From a virus (lineage: Duplodnaviria; Caudoviricetes): a stretch of 28,066 nt of DNA. Made by a program: the position numbers and the translations under genes. The stretch is taken from IMG/VR virus record IMGVR_UViG_3300027563_000500, positions 1-28,066 of that record. One strand, 5' to 3'. Of the stretch, positions 1 through 8,471 are shown piece by piece. How positions within the stretch are numbered: the first letter of the stretch is position 1; each line of letters opens with the position of its first letter. The notes beneath the pieces are model-generated. The model was not told the origin of the DNA, did no database searches, and saw nothing but the letters and a program-made list of their open reading frames with translations.

Positions 1-1
1 A

Positions 2-1708
2 CCTGGTTTAAGATATGATGTTTATAGCCTGATCAGGGTAAATGGTCAAGCAGCCACAGACCAATTCTTATGTAGTGGAATATTTGGGGAATATGGTGAA
101 AACTCTATGCAGCGTCCAGTGTGTGGTGATAGATATGAAAACTTCATAGTTAAATTTACTGGACAAATAACAGTACCTTCATGGTTTACATCAACAAAAT
201 TTGCAGGGTATACAGACGATGGTTTTAGGATGTATATTGACGGAGCATTGGCCATTGACAACTGGGTAGAGCAAGGAGCAACTTGGAGTGCATATTCTCC
301 AATATATGATGTAACAACTGATAAAGTTTTTGATGTAGAAATATGGTGGTACAACGGTGGAGGAGTAGGATCTTATCACCTTGGCTGGGCTATTTCAGGA
401 GGATGGACTGGTTTAGGATGTGACTATTCTGGAACTCCAAGAGTATGGGGAGAAAATTTTAGTTGTAGTTTAAACACATTGTCCCATGGATCTGTATCAA
501 CACAAGAACAAACCAATGCCTACAACAACGCCCTTTCTGCAAAGAACTCAGCACAGAATGTATACAATGATAAATTAAATATTTATAACCAAGCAGTCTC
601 AACATTAAATGGTTACAATCAAACCTTAACTAATAAAACATCTGAGGCTGAGAATGCAAGTTTGAATGTTGTGACGGCATTGCAAAATAAAAACAATGCT
701 ATTAGCGCATATAATCAAGCAATTAATTATCTTAACAACTACATTGATAACGCATGGCGTTACTATGATGAGCAGTCACAAAGAGAAATTCAAAGAGCAA
801 TTGCTCAAGCAGCAGCCAATGCTGCAGCAAACCAGCCTAAGCCAGAGCCATCTCCAAAGCCAACTGTTGAACCAGAAAAGCCAAAGCCTTCCCCACCACC
901 AACAGATAAGCCAGAACCAAAGCCAACTCCGCCAACAGATAAGCCAGAGCCTAAACCAACTCCACCAAGTGAAAACCCAGATCCAAAACCAACACCTCCA
1001 GGTCCTAAGCCAGAGCCTACTGATAGGCCAAAGCCAGAAGAGCCTAAGCCTACACCTGCCCCAAGCCCTGAACCAAAGCCAGAGCCCACTCCAGGGCCTC
1101 CTGTAGAGCCTTCTCCAGAACCTAAGCCATTGCCAAGACCAGACTTTAAGCCAGCAGAAAATGTTGATCCAGTAATCAAAAATGAAGTATTAGCAGCACT
1201 TATTCCACAAAAAGGTACAGGAAATGCAGAAGATTTATCTGGTGTTATTGCAAACCTTACAAGCAAGGATAATAAGTTAGTTAAACTTTCTGTAGAGCAA
1301 ACAGCAGCAGTAAGTCAAACACTTAAGTCTTTAACACAAGAGGCAAAATCAGAGGTTGCAAAAGGCCTTGGTATTTCTTCAGCAGAGGTAACAAAGGTAG
1401 CAGAGGCAATGAAATCAAATCCTGCAGTAGCATCAGCATTTGTTGAGTTTGCAGAAAGAGCAGGGGACGCAGGAGATACCCCAATGCCATTTACATTAGC
1501 AGATGCAACAACAGAAGTACAAACAGAAGCATTCCTTGAGGACCCACTTGCAGCAGTATTTGAAGTGGATGTTACAGAACTCCTATCTAATTTCTCTGAA
1601 TTAGGTATGGATATGACAGATGATCAGAGAGAGAAAGCGCAAGAAGTAATTGTCCCAGTGGTCATTGCATCACAAATTGCAGGGGCAATGATAAGGAGGA
1701 ACAAATGA
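2..1708 (+). CDS. PA14-domain protein with coiled-coil and Pro-rich linker (5'-truncated; likely surface or virion-associated)
   Basis: Frame is open from base 2 (PGLRYDVY...). PA14 motifs FIVKFTGQITVP, TDDGFRMYIDG..IDNW and EIWWYNGGG. Followed by an Asn/Ala helical region, (PKPEP)n repeats and a hydrophobic C-terminus. Confidence 0.8.
   Translation, partial: PGLRYDVYSLIRVNGQAATDQFLCSGIFGEYGENSMQRPVCGDRYENFIVKFTGQITVPSWFTSTKFAGYTDDGFRMYIDGALAIDNWVEQGATWSAYSPIYDVTTDKVFDVEIWWYNGGGVGSYHLGWAISGGWTGLGCDYSGTPRVWGENFSCSLNTLSHGSVSTQEQTNAYNNALSAKNSAQNVYNDKLNIYNQAVSTLNGYNQTLTNKTSEAENASLNVVTALQNKNNAISAYNQAINYLNNYIDNAWRYYDEQSQREIQRAIAQAAANAAANQPKPEPSPKPTVEPEKPKPSPPPTDKPEPKPTPPTDKPEPKPTPPSENPDPKPTPPGPKPEPTDRPKPEEPKPTPAPSPEPKPEPTPGPPVEPSPEPKPLPRPDFKPAENVDPVIKNEVLAALIPQKGTGNAEDLSGVIANLTSKDNKLVKLSVEQTAAVSQTLKSLTQEAKSEVAKGLGISSAEVTKVAEAMKSNPAVASAFVEFAERAGDAGDTPMPFTLADATTEVQTEAFLEDPLAAVFEVDVTELLSNFSELGMDMTDDQREKAQEVIVPVVIASQIAGAMIRRNK
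833..1143 (+). repeat. Degenerate coding repeats encoding a Pro/Lys/Glu/Thr linker, including a duplicated PPTDKPEPKPT unit
   Basis: ccaacagataagccaga occurs twice 33 nt apart; many ccaaagcca/cctaagcca units. Confidence 0.85.
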
Positions 1709-1932
1709 AAATAATCAATAAGGCCATAAACCTGGTAGGCAAAATGCTAAAGGGATTAACTAAATGGTTTAAAGACGCAGGTATGGAATTAATTGCACAA
1801 GCATTCACCCTCCTGGGCTTCTTTATTGCATGGCTAACTTTGACGGGATCAGCAAGAGACATTGTTGGTATTGCTGTAATGGCAACAACAATTATCTGGC
1901 TAATTACAATCCCGCTAAGAAAGGAGAAATAA
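1705..1932 (+). CDS. Small membrane protein (2 TM)
   Basis: AGGAGG RBS, ATGA overlap with the upstream gene, two hydrophobic segments, basic C-terminus. Confidence 0.75.
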   Translation: MKIINKAINLVGKMLKGLTKWFKDAGMELIAQAFTLLGFFIAWLTLTGSARDIVGIAVMATTIIWLITIPLRKEK

Positions 1933-1933
1933 A

Positions 1934-2218
1934 ATGGCAACTAAAAAAATAGTAGAACCCCCAAAGAACGATCACCCACAGAAAGCAATAACAAATATCT
2001 TAATGAGAATTCTTGCGGTATTCGCAGCATCAGGACTATCAGTCTTGGGAGCAGGAGCCGTAGTAGGAATTGAAACTGGACAGGCAGTAATGCTTGCAGG
2101 ACTCCTAGGTGTAGCAACAGTTATTGAAAGACTGGCAAGGGCTTTTTTGGACGATGGAAGGCTATCATTATCAGAAATAAATGACGCCTTTAGAACGGTA
2201 GATAAAAAGGCTAATTAG
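1934..2218 (+). CDS. Small 2-TM membrane protein, holin-like
   Basis: AAGGAG RBS; two hydrophobic helices and a charged C-terminal tail. Confidence 0.6.
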   Translation: MATKKIVEPPKNDHPQKAITNILMRILAVFAASGLSVLGAGAVVGIETGQAVMLAGLLGVATVIERLARAFLDDGRLSLSEINDAFRTVDKKAN

Positions 2219-2234
2219 TCATTATCACCCATAG

Positions 2235-2264
2235 TTGACAGCCCTCTCTGGGCAATGGTATACT
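2235..2264 (+). promoter_or_regulatory. SigA/sigma70-type promoter
   Basis: TTGACA (2235-2240), 18 bp spacer, TGgTATACT (-10 at 2259-2264). Confidence 0.75.
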
Positions 2265-2292
2265 TAAGTATTACCTATCTGGAGAGGGCTTT
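2240..2292 (+). terminator. Long imperfect inverted repeat; possible terminator of the upstream operon
   Basis: AGCCCTCTC (2240-2248) / GAGAGGGCT (2282-2290) followed by TT; central palindrome ATACTTAAGTAT. Confidence 0.45.
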
Positions 2293-2297
2293 ATGCC

Positions 2298-2822
2298 ATG
2301 ACTTGTATTGCAGTTGTACGACATGAAGATAAAATTTACATGGCAGGAGATCGTGGAGCATCAGATGATGGTACCATTCTAGCACTTGATGCACCAAAAG
2401 TTTGGAAGATAGGTCCGTACCTTATTGGTTACGCTGGATCAATGGACGGAGAAAGAATCCGCTATAACTTTAGGCCATCAGCCCCAGTATTAAAAGATAC
2501 TGATAAGCACATGCAAACAAAATTTATTAAAGAACTAAAAGAATTTTACAACGAGTTCTGGGTTGATACATCTAAAGACGGAGACCTTGGTTTGATTATT
2601 GCAGTTCGTGGAAATATCTATGAGCATAGTTCTGCTGACATGTCCTTATCTAAATACACACTTCCCTATCTTGCTATGGGGTCAGGAGCAGAGTATGCCT
2701 ATGGGGTTTTATATGCAACAGATAAACAAAAAAATGCAAGGAATAGAGTAGTCCAAGCAGTTAATGCTGCTATTAAATTTAATCCCTCATGCATGGGTCC
2801 AGTTGACGTAGTAAGTATTTAG
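2298..2822 (+). CDS. HslV/proteasome-beta-like Ntn-hydrolase (Thr peptidase)
   Basis: N-terminal M-T-C-I (Thr1 nucleophile), MAGDRG, K in APKVWK, YLAMGSGAEYAYG. Confidence 0.85.
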   Translation: MTCIAVVRHEDKIYMAGDRGASDDGTILALDAPKVWKIGPYLIGYAGSMDGERIRYNFRPSAPVLKDTDKHMQTKFIKELKEFYNEFWVDTSKDGDLGLIIAVRGNIYEHSSADMSLSKYTLPYLAMGSGAEYAYGVLYATDKQKNARNRVVQAVNAAIKFNPSCMGPVDVVSI

Positions 2823-2837
2823 GAGTATACTTTATAT

Positions 2838-3020
2838 ATGTTAGAAGAAATAGATCACGATGAGTTTACTATATGGTTGGAAAACGGTATAGATAGAGGG
2901 TGGATTACAGAACCATTCTGTAACACCCATGATGGAGATCCGTACATGACTCCAGAAGAACAGCAAGAGTGGGAAGATGGCGGAGATCCTTGCCAGGTAG
3001 TATTTAAAATTAAGGAATAA
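2838..3020 (+). CDS. Acidic hypothetical phage protein
   Basis: ORF preceded by TATACT 6 nt before ATG; FCNTHDG...DPC motif. Confidence 0.7.
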   Translation: MLEEIDHDEFTIWLENGIDRGWITEPFCNTHDGDPYMTPEEQQEWEDGGDPCQVVFKIKE

Positions 3021-3022
3021 AA

Positions 3023-4255
3023 TTGAAAAAACTTATTTTTGTTTTGTGCATATCTTTTTTAAATATTGTTTTAATTGAAAAATCTACTGCAAATGAATGG
3101 AAGATTACTCAAGAGTTTACAAATTCCACAGGAAATACATTTGCGTCACCCATCCGCTCTAAATCAAATCCATCTCCAGATGATGATTTTCAAGTTATGG
3201 GGTGCACTTCAGAACCCATTCACCCTTATGTAGTTGTAACAGCAGCACATTGTATTTGGGGAATTTATGGAAATCTAAAGTATGAATTTGGTCGTAATAA
3301 AAATCCAATTTACATACAAGAACCAGGGAAAAATGCTAACGATAGATCAGCAAAGCGTGTAAAAGTAATCAACATCTTGCATCCAGAATCAATTGGAAAT
3401 TCAGATCTTTTTCCAGTAGGGAAGGTAGAATCACAAGACGATATTGCATTTTTGGTACTTGAAAATCCAATAGTAAGTTCAGTAAAGCATAAGGTTGCTA
3501 GTTTAGAGCAGATTCAGTATGCAATTAACAATAATTTGTCAGTATCAGTTTACGGCTATGGACTAAATTCATTTGCTCAATCCAGCGCATATTTCCAACT
3601 GCCTAATTCTCAAAGATATAACTTGTCAGAGTATCTGTTTCCAAAAAAGTTTACATATAAATTTGCAACTGAAGTCCTACCAAAATCGTATGCACACCAA
3701 GTAGGTTTCCCAAAAATGATTTTAATGAAAATTCCTGTTTGTGGTGGTGGAGGAACTTCAGGCTCTCCAGCAGTAATAGAAATAAATGGGGAAGAGTATC
3801 TTGTTGGTCCTGGATCTCACTCAACTGGATGGGACTGCCCAGACAACCCAAACTATGAGAACGAAAAACTAGATCCTAACTTTAAATTCAGAAACATTGC
3901 CTCACACATAATTATTGCAAATCATTCAGAACTAATGTCTAGAGCAATTAATTTTGGAGAGTCTCAATCACGTTTACTTTTAGAGGCGGATCTCAAAGCC
4001 AAGCAAGAGGCAGAAGCCAAGGCTGCAGAAGTGCTCAAAGCCAAGCAAGAAGCAGAAGCCAAGGCTGCTGCAGAACTAAAGGCTAAGCAGGAGGCAGAGG
4101 CAAAAGTAGCCTTAGAACTAAAGGAAAAACAGGAAGCGGAAGTAAAGTCTGCTATAATTAAGAGAACAACCATCACCTGCGTAAAAGGAAAACTGACGAA
4201 GAAAGTGATTGCAGTTAAACCTGTTTGCCCTAGGGGTTACAAAACAAAGGTATAA
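3023..4255 (+). CDS. Secreted trypsin-like serine protease with Ala/Lys/Glu stalk and C-terminal Cys-pair tag
   Basis: Signal-peptide-like N-terminus; triad motifs VVTAAHC, DDIAFLVL and GTSGSP; LKAKQEAEAKAAAE repeats; ends TTITCVKGKLTKKVIAVKPVCPRGYKTKV. Confidence 0.85.
   Translation: MKKLIFVLCISFLNIVLIEKSTANEWKITQEFTNSTGNTFASPIRSKSNPSPDDDFQVMGCTSEPIHPYVVVTAAHCIWGIYGNLKYEFGRNKNPIYIQEPGKNANDRSAKRVKVINILHPESIGNSDLFPVGKVESQDDIAFLVLENPIVSSVKHKVASLEQIQYAINNNLSVSVYGYGLNSFAQSSAYFQLPNSQRYNLSEYLFPKKFTYKFATEVLPKSYAHQVGFPKMILMKIPVCGGGGTSGSPAVIEINGEEYLVGPGSHSTGWDCPDNPNYENEKLDPNFKFRNIASHIIIANHSELMSRAINFGESQSRLLLEADLKAKQEAEAKAAEVLKAKQEAEAKAAAELKAKQEAEAKVALELKEKQEAEVKSAIIKRTTITCVKGKLTKKVIAVKPVCPRGYKTKV
3992..4147 (+). 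repeat. 42-nt coding tandem repeat (about 3.7 copies)
   Basis: ctcaaagccaagcaagaggcagaagccaaggctgc... units encoding LKAKQEAEAKAAxx. Confidence 0.9.
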
Positions 4256-4262
4256 TGTAAAT

Positions 4263-5204
4263 ATGAAAAGTGAATCAATAGATCCTGACACAATAAAAGA
4301 CCAAATTCTAAGGGTTACAAGGAAAGAACTTGTAGGACATCCATTATTACAAAATTATCCAGGGGATATAGATAAAATTAACTGGATGTATATTGATAAA
4401 GAGTTATACGTAGAAATGGAAAACATTCTTCTAGATAATGGAAGCATAAAACTTTTTGATCCATTTATAGTTGATAATTTTTATCCAGAAGATATGTTTT
4501 TAGAATTAGTTGACATAGTTACAAACAATAAATTAGAAGAAATTGATTTTTCTAATCAGATGAATAAGTGGGAGCAGGGTGTTGAAATACCTAAAAAATT
4601 TATTGAATACGCTGTGGATAAAGTAAGAAAACTTCTTGAAAAAGAAGATATTCATTACGGATATCACATGTATGCTCATCATCAAATAACATCAGAAAAA
4701 CGAATTCCAAAGTTACCATTGCACGTAGATTGGGCTCCAGGACCTTATATGGTTGACTTGCACATAGGTGGAAATAGGGACTGGGGATTTGTTGCAAGAT
4801 ATGAAAATTTTGTAACTAAGCCAAATCAAGCAATTATTTGTCAGCCACAATTTGATTATCACTATAGACCTTCATGGAATAATGATGATCCAAATGAATA
4901 TTATCAGGCTTTATTTTTTCATTTAATAAATAAAAACCATTGGTCAGTTAGAAATGAGGCAGTAAAATTTCATGAAAGAGATCCAGAGTTGATGAAAAAA
5001 TACGAATTTGGTCAGTACTTTAGAGATCAAGAAATCTTTACTAAATTTCAAAGACAGAGAAGGTATCTATTTGACGAATTCTATATTTACTCTATGTATA
5101 AAAAAGACCTTCCAGAGCCACCATGGAACGAAGTTCCAGATGACAATGACAAGGATATTCATCAAAAAAAGGGTGTTACAGCACTAGTAGAGAGAGATAA
5201 GTAA
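4263..5204 (+). CDS. 2OG-Fe(II) oxygenase-like protein
   Basis: HxD motif LPLHVD, distal HYRP, YQALFFH. Start placed at ATG 4263, 6 nt after TATAAT. Confidence 0.65.
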   Translation: MKSESIDPDTIKDQILRVTRKELVGHPLLQNYPGDIDKINWMYIDKELYVEMENILLDNGSIKLFDPFIVDNFYPEDMFLELVDIVTNNKLEEIDFSNQMNKWEQGVEIPKKFIEYAVDKVRKLLEKEDIHYGYHMYAHHQITSEKRIPKLPLHVDWAPGPYMVDLHIGGNRDWGFVARYENFVTKPNQAIICQPQFDYHYRPSWNNDDPNEYYQALFFHLINKNHWSVRNEAVKFHERDPELMKKYEFGQYFRDQEIFTKFQRQRRYLFDEFYIYSMYKKDLPEPPWNEVPDDNDKDIHQKKGVTALVERDK

Positions 5205-5205
5205 T

Positions 5206-5799
5206 ATGAGTACAAAAGGTTCATTGAATGCAATCATTGAGGTTGCAAAGAAGGAAGTGGGCACAATTGAAGGCCCAAAGGATAATGAAACAAAGTACGG
5301 TGCATGGATGAAGGTTAACTTCCAGCCATGGTGCCAATCATTCGTTTCTTGGTGTGCATTTACTGCGGGAGTTTCAAAGTTTCCAAAGTCTGCATCAACA
5401 GTAGCAGCATCAGATCAGTTTAAGAAGGAAGGCCGTTGGTCAGATGCTCGTAACGATGATCCAATGCCAGGAGACTGGATCTATTTTGATTTCCCAGAAG
5501 ATGGCGTAAATCGTATTTCACATGTTGGTCTTTGTATTAAGAACAATGGAGATGGAACTATTCAAGTTATTGAAGGAAATACATCAGGAACTGCAAAAGG
5601 AGATCAGCGCAACGGAGGAATGTGCGTTGAAAAGACTCGTGGTTATGTAAAGAACAATAAGAAGAAGTTGGTTAATGCTGTAGTTGGTTGGGGTCGTCCA
5701 GTTTATGCTGGAGAAGAGAATGCTCCACTATTGAATAAGGTAGCAACCACAGTTGCAACATCTGCTGCACCAAAGACAGTAGTAAAGAAGGCCAAGTAA
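5206..5799 (+). CDS. CHAP-domain peptidoglycan hydrolase (endolysin)
   Basis: PWCQSFVSWC (catalytic Cys), PGDWIYFD, SHVGL (His), VIEGNT. Confidence 0.9.
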   Translation: MSTKGSLNAIIEVAKKEVGTIEGPKDNETKYGAWMKVNFQPWCQSFVSWCAFTAGVSKFPKSASTVAASDQFKKEGRWSDARNDDPMPGDWIYFDFPEDGVNRISHVGLCIKNNGDGTIQVIEGNTSGTAKGDQRNGGMCVEKTRGYVKNNKKKLVNAVVGWGRPVYAGEENAPLLNKVATTVATSAAPKTVVKKAK

Positions 5800-6000
5800 A
5801 TGGAATCAACAAAGAGAACACTGCTTAAGACAGCAAGTTGGGAAATTTTTCACCTAGTAGGTGTTGCTGGAGTAATTTATTTGTTTACTGGTGAATGGGA
5901 ATATGCAAGCCTTGGAGCCCTTATTTACATTGGGTGGGAAGCACTTGGATACTTTCTTCACGAAAGAGTATGGGCTAAGTTTGGAAAGGGAATTAAATAA
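5800..6000 (+). CDS. DUF2061-like small membrane protein
   Basis: ESTKRTLLKTASW...YFLHERVW family pattern. Confidence 0.8.
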   Translation: MESTKRTLLKTASWEIFHLVGVAGVIYLFTGEWEYASLGALIYIGWEALGYFLHERVWAKFGKGIK

Positions 6001-6107
6001 TGCGTATTAAAATAATTAGAGCAGTAGTTAAATTACTTGGTTATGAATGGGGCGGAGATGCCCTTAATGCTCCTATATGGACAGTAAAAGCAAAAAAGAA
6101 GAAGTAA
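6000..6107 (+). CDS. 35-aa basic hypothetical protein (not in ORF track)
   Basis: TAATG coupling; MRIKIIRAVVKLLGYEWGGDALNAPIWTVKAKKKK fills the gap exactly. Confidence 0.6.
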   Translation: MRIKIIRAVVKLLGYEWGGDALNAPIWTVKAKKKK

Positions 6108-6110
6108 ATA

Positions 6111-6416
6111 ATGGCATATGTAATAACAGATGCCTGCGTAGACATTAAGGATAGATCCTGTATTGCTGAGTGCCCTGTAGACTGTATCTATGAGGGTGGA
6201 AGAATGCTCTATATCAATCAAGATGAGTGTATTGACTGTGGTGCCTGCGAGCCAGTCTGCCCAGTGAATGCAATATATTTTGATGCAGAACTTCCAAAAG
6301 AAAAGAATGAGTATAAAAGAATAAATCATGAATTTTTTATACCAATTGGAAATTTGCAGGGAGCAGTCAATCATACACAAATACATTTAGATCACCCAGA
6401 GATTAAGGATAGATAA
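6111..6416 (+). CDS. fdxA: 7Fe ([3Fe-4S]+[4Fe-4S]) ferredoxin, actinobacterial FdxA type
   Basis: MAYVITDACVDIKDRSCIAECPVDCIYEG and ECIDCGACEPVCPVNAI. Confidence 0.92.
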   Translation: MAYVITDACVDIKDRSCIAECPVDCIYEGGRMLYINQDECIDCGACEPVCPVNAIYFDAELPKEKNEYKRINHEFFIPIGNLQGAVNHTQIHLDHPEIKDR

Positions 6417-6598
6417 TGCCAACATACATGTATGACTGCATGCCTTGTGCTAAAAGGTACGAGAAGCAAAGATCTATGTCAGAGCAAGATCCAGGATACA
6501 ATTGCGAGCACTGCAACTCTAAACTTGTTCGTGTCTATACTCCTGTAGTTTCAACATTTAATGGCTCTGGATTTTATGTAACAGATAATAGAAAATAG
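6416..6598 (+). CDS. FmdB-family zinc-ribbon protein
   Basis: MPTYxYxCxxC...CxxC...FNGSGFYVTD. Confidence 0.88.
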   Translation: MPTYMYDCMPCAKRYEKQRSMSEQDPGYNCEHCNSKLVRVYTPVVSTFNGSGFYVTDNRK

Positions 6599-6602
6599 TT
6601 TT

Positions 6603-7601
6603 ATGAAAAAAATATTTGTGATGATTCCAAGTCTTTTTGACATATCTATTCAAAAAACAGTTGAAGATTGTTTATTAAAAGCAAAATATCCAGACAGAAT
6701 AACTTTTGCTTTATCTTTGCAGGGTGTAGAGGGCTGTAATTTTGATAATATAAAAAATGAAAAAAGAATAATATTGTTAGATAAAAATATTGTTTACGGG
6801 ATAGGCAAAACACGGTATCAACTACAAAAATTATATAATGGGGAAGAGTATGTATTAAGCATAGACTGTCACACCTCTTTTGATGATGAATGGGATGAAA
6901 AATTAATATCAGAGTATGAGGAAATTGGAAATCAAAAAGCAGTTATAAGTCAGTTTCTTTTAGATAGGTTTTCATCAGATTTTAAAAAATCTAGATATGT
7001 TTTTAAAAAAGAAAATCCTTGGGCAATTGACTATGTTGGTCACGACCAATTATCCAGAATAAAACAAAGATCCCTTTCATATAACGTTGCGCCTCATTTT
7101 ATATTTGCAAGTAAAGAGTTTATGACCATAGACTATCCCTATATGTATTTGTGGGGAGACGAAGATCCGCTGCTTTCAATTAAGTTATTCTGTAATGGGT
7201 TTGACGTCTATGAACTTGAAAAAACTTATATGACTACTGATGCAAAAAATAAAAAAGATCTAAACAACAGAAAAGATTGGCTTTACGGACCTATGTATAA
7301 AAGCAATGACAATTTTGATATATATTTTGATAGTCAAAATGAGACCCCAAAAGACTCAAAACCAATAAAGTATTTTGATGGAACAACATATATGTCTGAT
7401 CATTTATTTTATCCAGATACAAAAATTTTTATAAAAAAAATGAAGGAAGCGGCATTTCTTTTAGAAAACAACTTTAATGACATATTAAAAGAAGACTTTA
7501 GAAATAAAGAAAGATCTATAAAAGAATATTTTGAGAGTAACGGAATTTCTTGGGATCAGGTCTTATCAAGTATTGACAGGAGTAAACAATTAGATGTATA
7601 A
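6603..7601 (+). CDS. Glycosyltransferase, GT60/GlcNAc-transferase-like (GT-A fold)
   Basis: KIFVMIPS, AKYPDRITF, R...QKLYNGEEYVLSIDCHTSFDDEWD (DxH), HFIFA, WGDED..LSIKLFCNGFDVY. Confidence 0.75.
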   Translation: MKKIFVMIPSLFDISIQKTVEDCLLKAKYPDRITFALSLQGVEGCNFDNIKNEKRIILLDKNIVYGIGKTRYQLQKLYNGEEYVLSIDCHTSFDDEWDEKLISEYEEIGNQKAVISQFLLDRFSSDFKKSRYVFKKENPWAIDYVGHDQLSRIKQRSLSYNVAPHFIFASKEFMTIDYPYMYLWGDEDPLLSIKLFCNGFDVYELEKTYMTTDAKNKKDLNNRKDWLYGPMYKSNDNFDIYFDSQNETPKDSKPIKYFDGTTYMSDHLFYPDTKIFIKKMKEAAFLLENNFNDILKEDFRNKERSIKEYFESNGISWDQVLSSIDRSKQLDV

Positions 7602-7602
7602 T
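7573..7602 (+). promoter_or_regulatory. SigA-type promoter for a leaderless transcript
   Basis: TTGACA (7573-7578), 18 bp, TATAAT (7597-7602), 6 nt, ATG 7609. Confidence 0.75.
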
Positions 7603-7608
7603 ATAACT

Positions 7609-7842
7609 ATGAATACTTTAAAAGCAGAAAAAGAAGATCCTATATTAGATGCAAATGACAGATGTGATGCTTGCCAAGCACAGGCATATGTAAAAGTTAC
7701 TGGTGTCACTGGTGAACTTTTCTTTTGTAGTCACCACTACAACAATATCATGGAGAATGCTGTTGGCTATGACAAAATGATGAAGTTTATGTATAACGTT
7801 GTAGATGAAAGATACAGACTATCTGAAGGTAATAATATTTAA
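7609..7842 (+). CDS. Small Cys/His zinc-binding protein of actinobacterial/actinophage type
   Basis: DRCDACQAQAYV...LFFCSHH. Confidence 0.75.
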   Translation: MNTLKAEKEDPILDANDRCDACQAQAYVKVTGVTGELFFCSHHYNNIMENAVGYDKMMKFMYNVVDERYRLSEGNNI

Positions 7843-8471
7843 TGATGCCATTAGAAGTTGTTATTAATTCTTATCCAAGAACTGGAAACACATTTTTAAT
7901 TACTGCACTTAATAGAGCGTATATTAAAAATGAGATTAATTGGTATAATTATCCAGTAGTTTCACATACACATAGCAAATACATTCAAAGATTGAGTAGA
8001 GAAAATAATTTTTATCAAGTATCAATGATTAGAAATCCTTTAGATGCTGTATCAAGTTATATAATTTATACTGCTGCTCAATCCAATGTAGATCTTAATA
8101 TTAAAAAAGATGCAAGAGACACTTCTATTTATTGTTTAAAGGTTTACTCTGAATTTTATAAAGAGTGGTTGATTAATAAAAAAGCAAGAATGATTGATTT
8201 TGAAACTATTAAAAATGATATAAATGAAGTAATACGTATTATATTTAATGATATTAATCTTGAATACTTAAATACAATAAACAACGAAGATATTATTAAA
8301 GAGATTTCTGAGTCAGATCAGAAGAACAATTCTGGTTTATTGATGGGTCATGTACCAAGAGATATAAACTCATTAGATGAGTATCACATAATTAAAGAAC
8401 TTCTTCCACAATTAACAGATTATGACAAGTCCTTTAAAATATATGAAGAGGTAAAGGATTTAATAAAATGA
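7842..8471 (+). CDS. Sulfotransferase-like protein
   Basis: 5'-PSB loop SYPRTGNTFL; 3'-PB motif IRNPLDAVSS. Confidence 0.75.
   Translation: MMPLEVVINSYPRTGNTFLITALNRAYIKNEINWYNYPVVSHTHSKYIQRLSRENNFYQVSMIRNPLDAVSSYIIYTAAQSNVDLNIKKDARDTSIYCLKVYSEFYKEWLINKKARMIDFETIKNDINEVIRIIFNDINLEYLNTINNEDIIKEISESDQKNNSGLLMGHVPRDINSLDEYHIIKELLPQLTDYDKSFKIYEEVKDLIK

Noticed and set aside
833-1143. Repeats considered as a CRISPR array or DGR template
   Set aside because: They are in-frame, vary at synonymous positions and have no unique spacers; no cas or reverse-transcriptase gene is present. The same applies to 3992-4147.
696-1266. Alternative-frame and antisense ORFs (696-1106 +, 805-1266 -) over the Pro-rich region
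   Set aside because: They are shadows of the low-complexity repeat in the PA14 gene, with no independent start signals.
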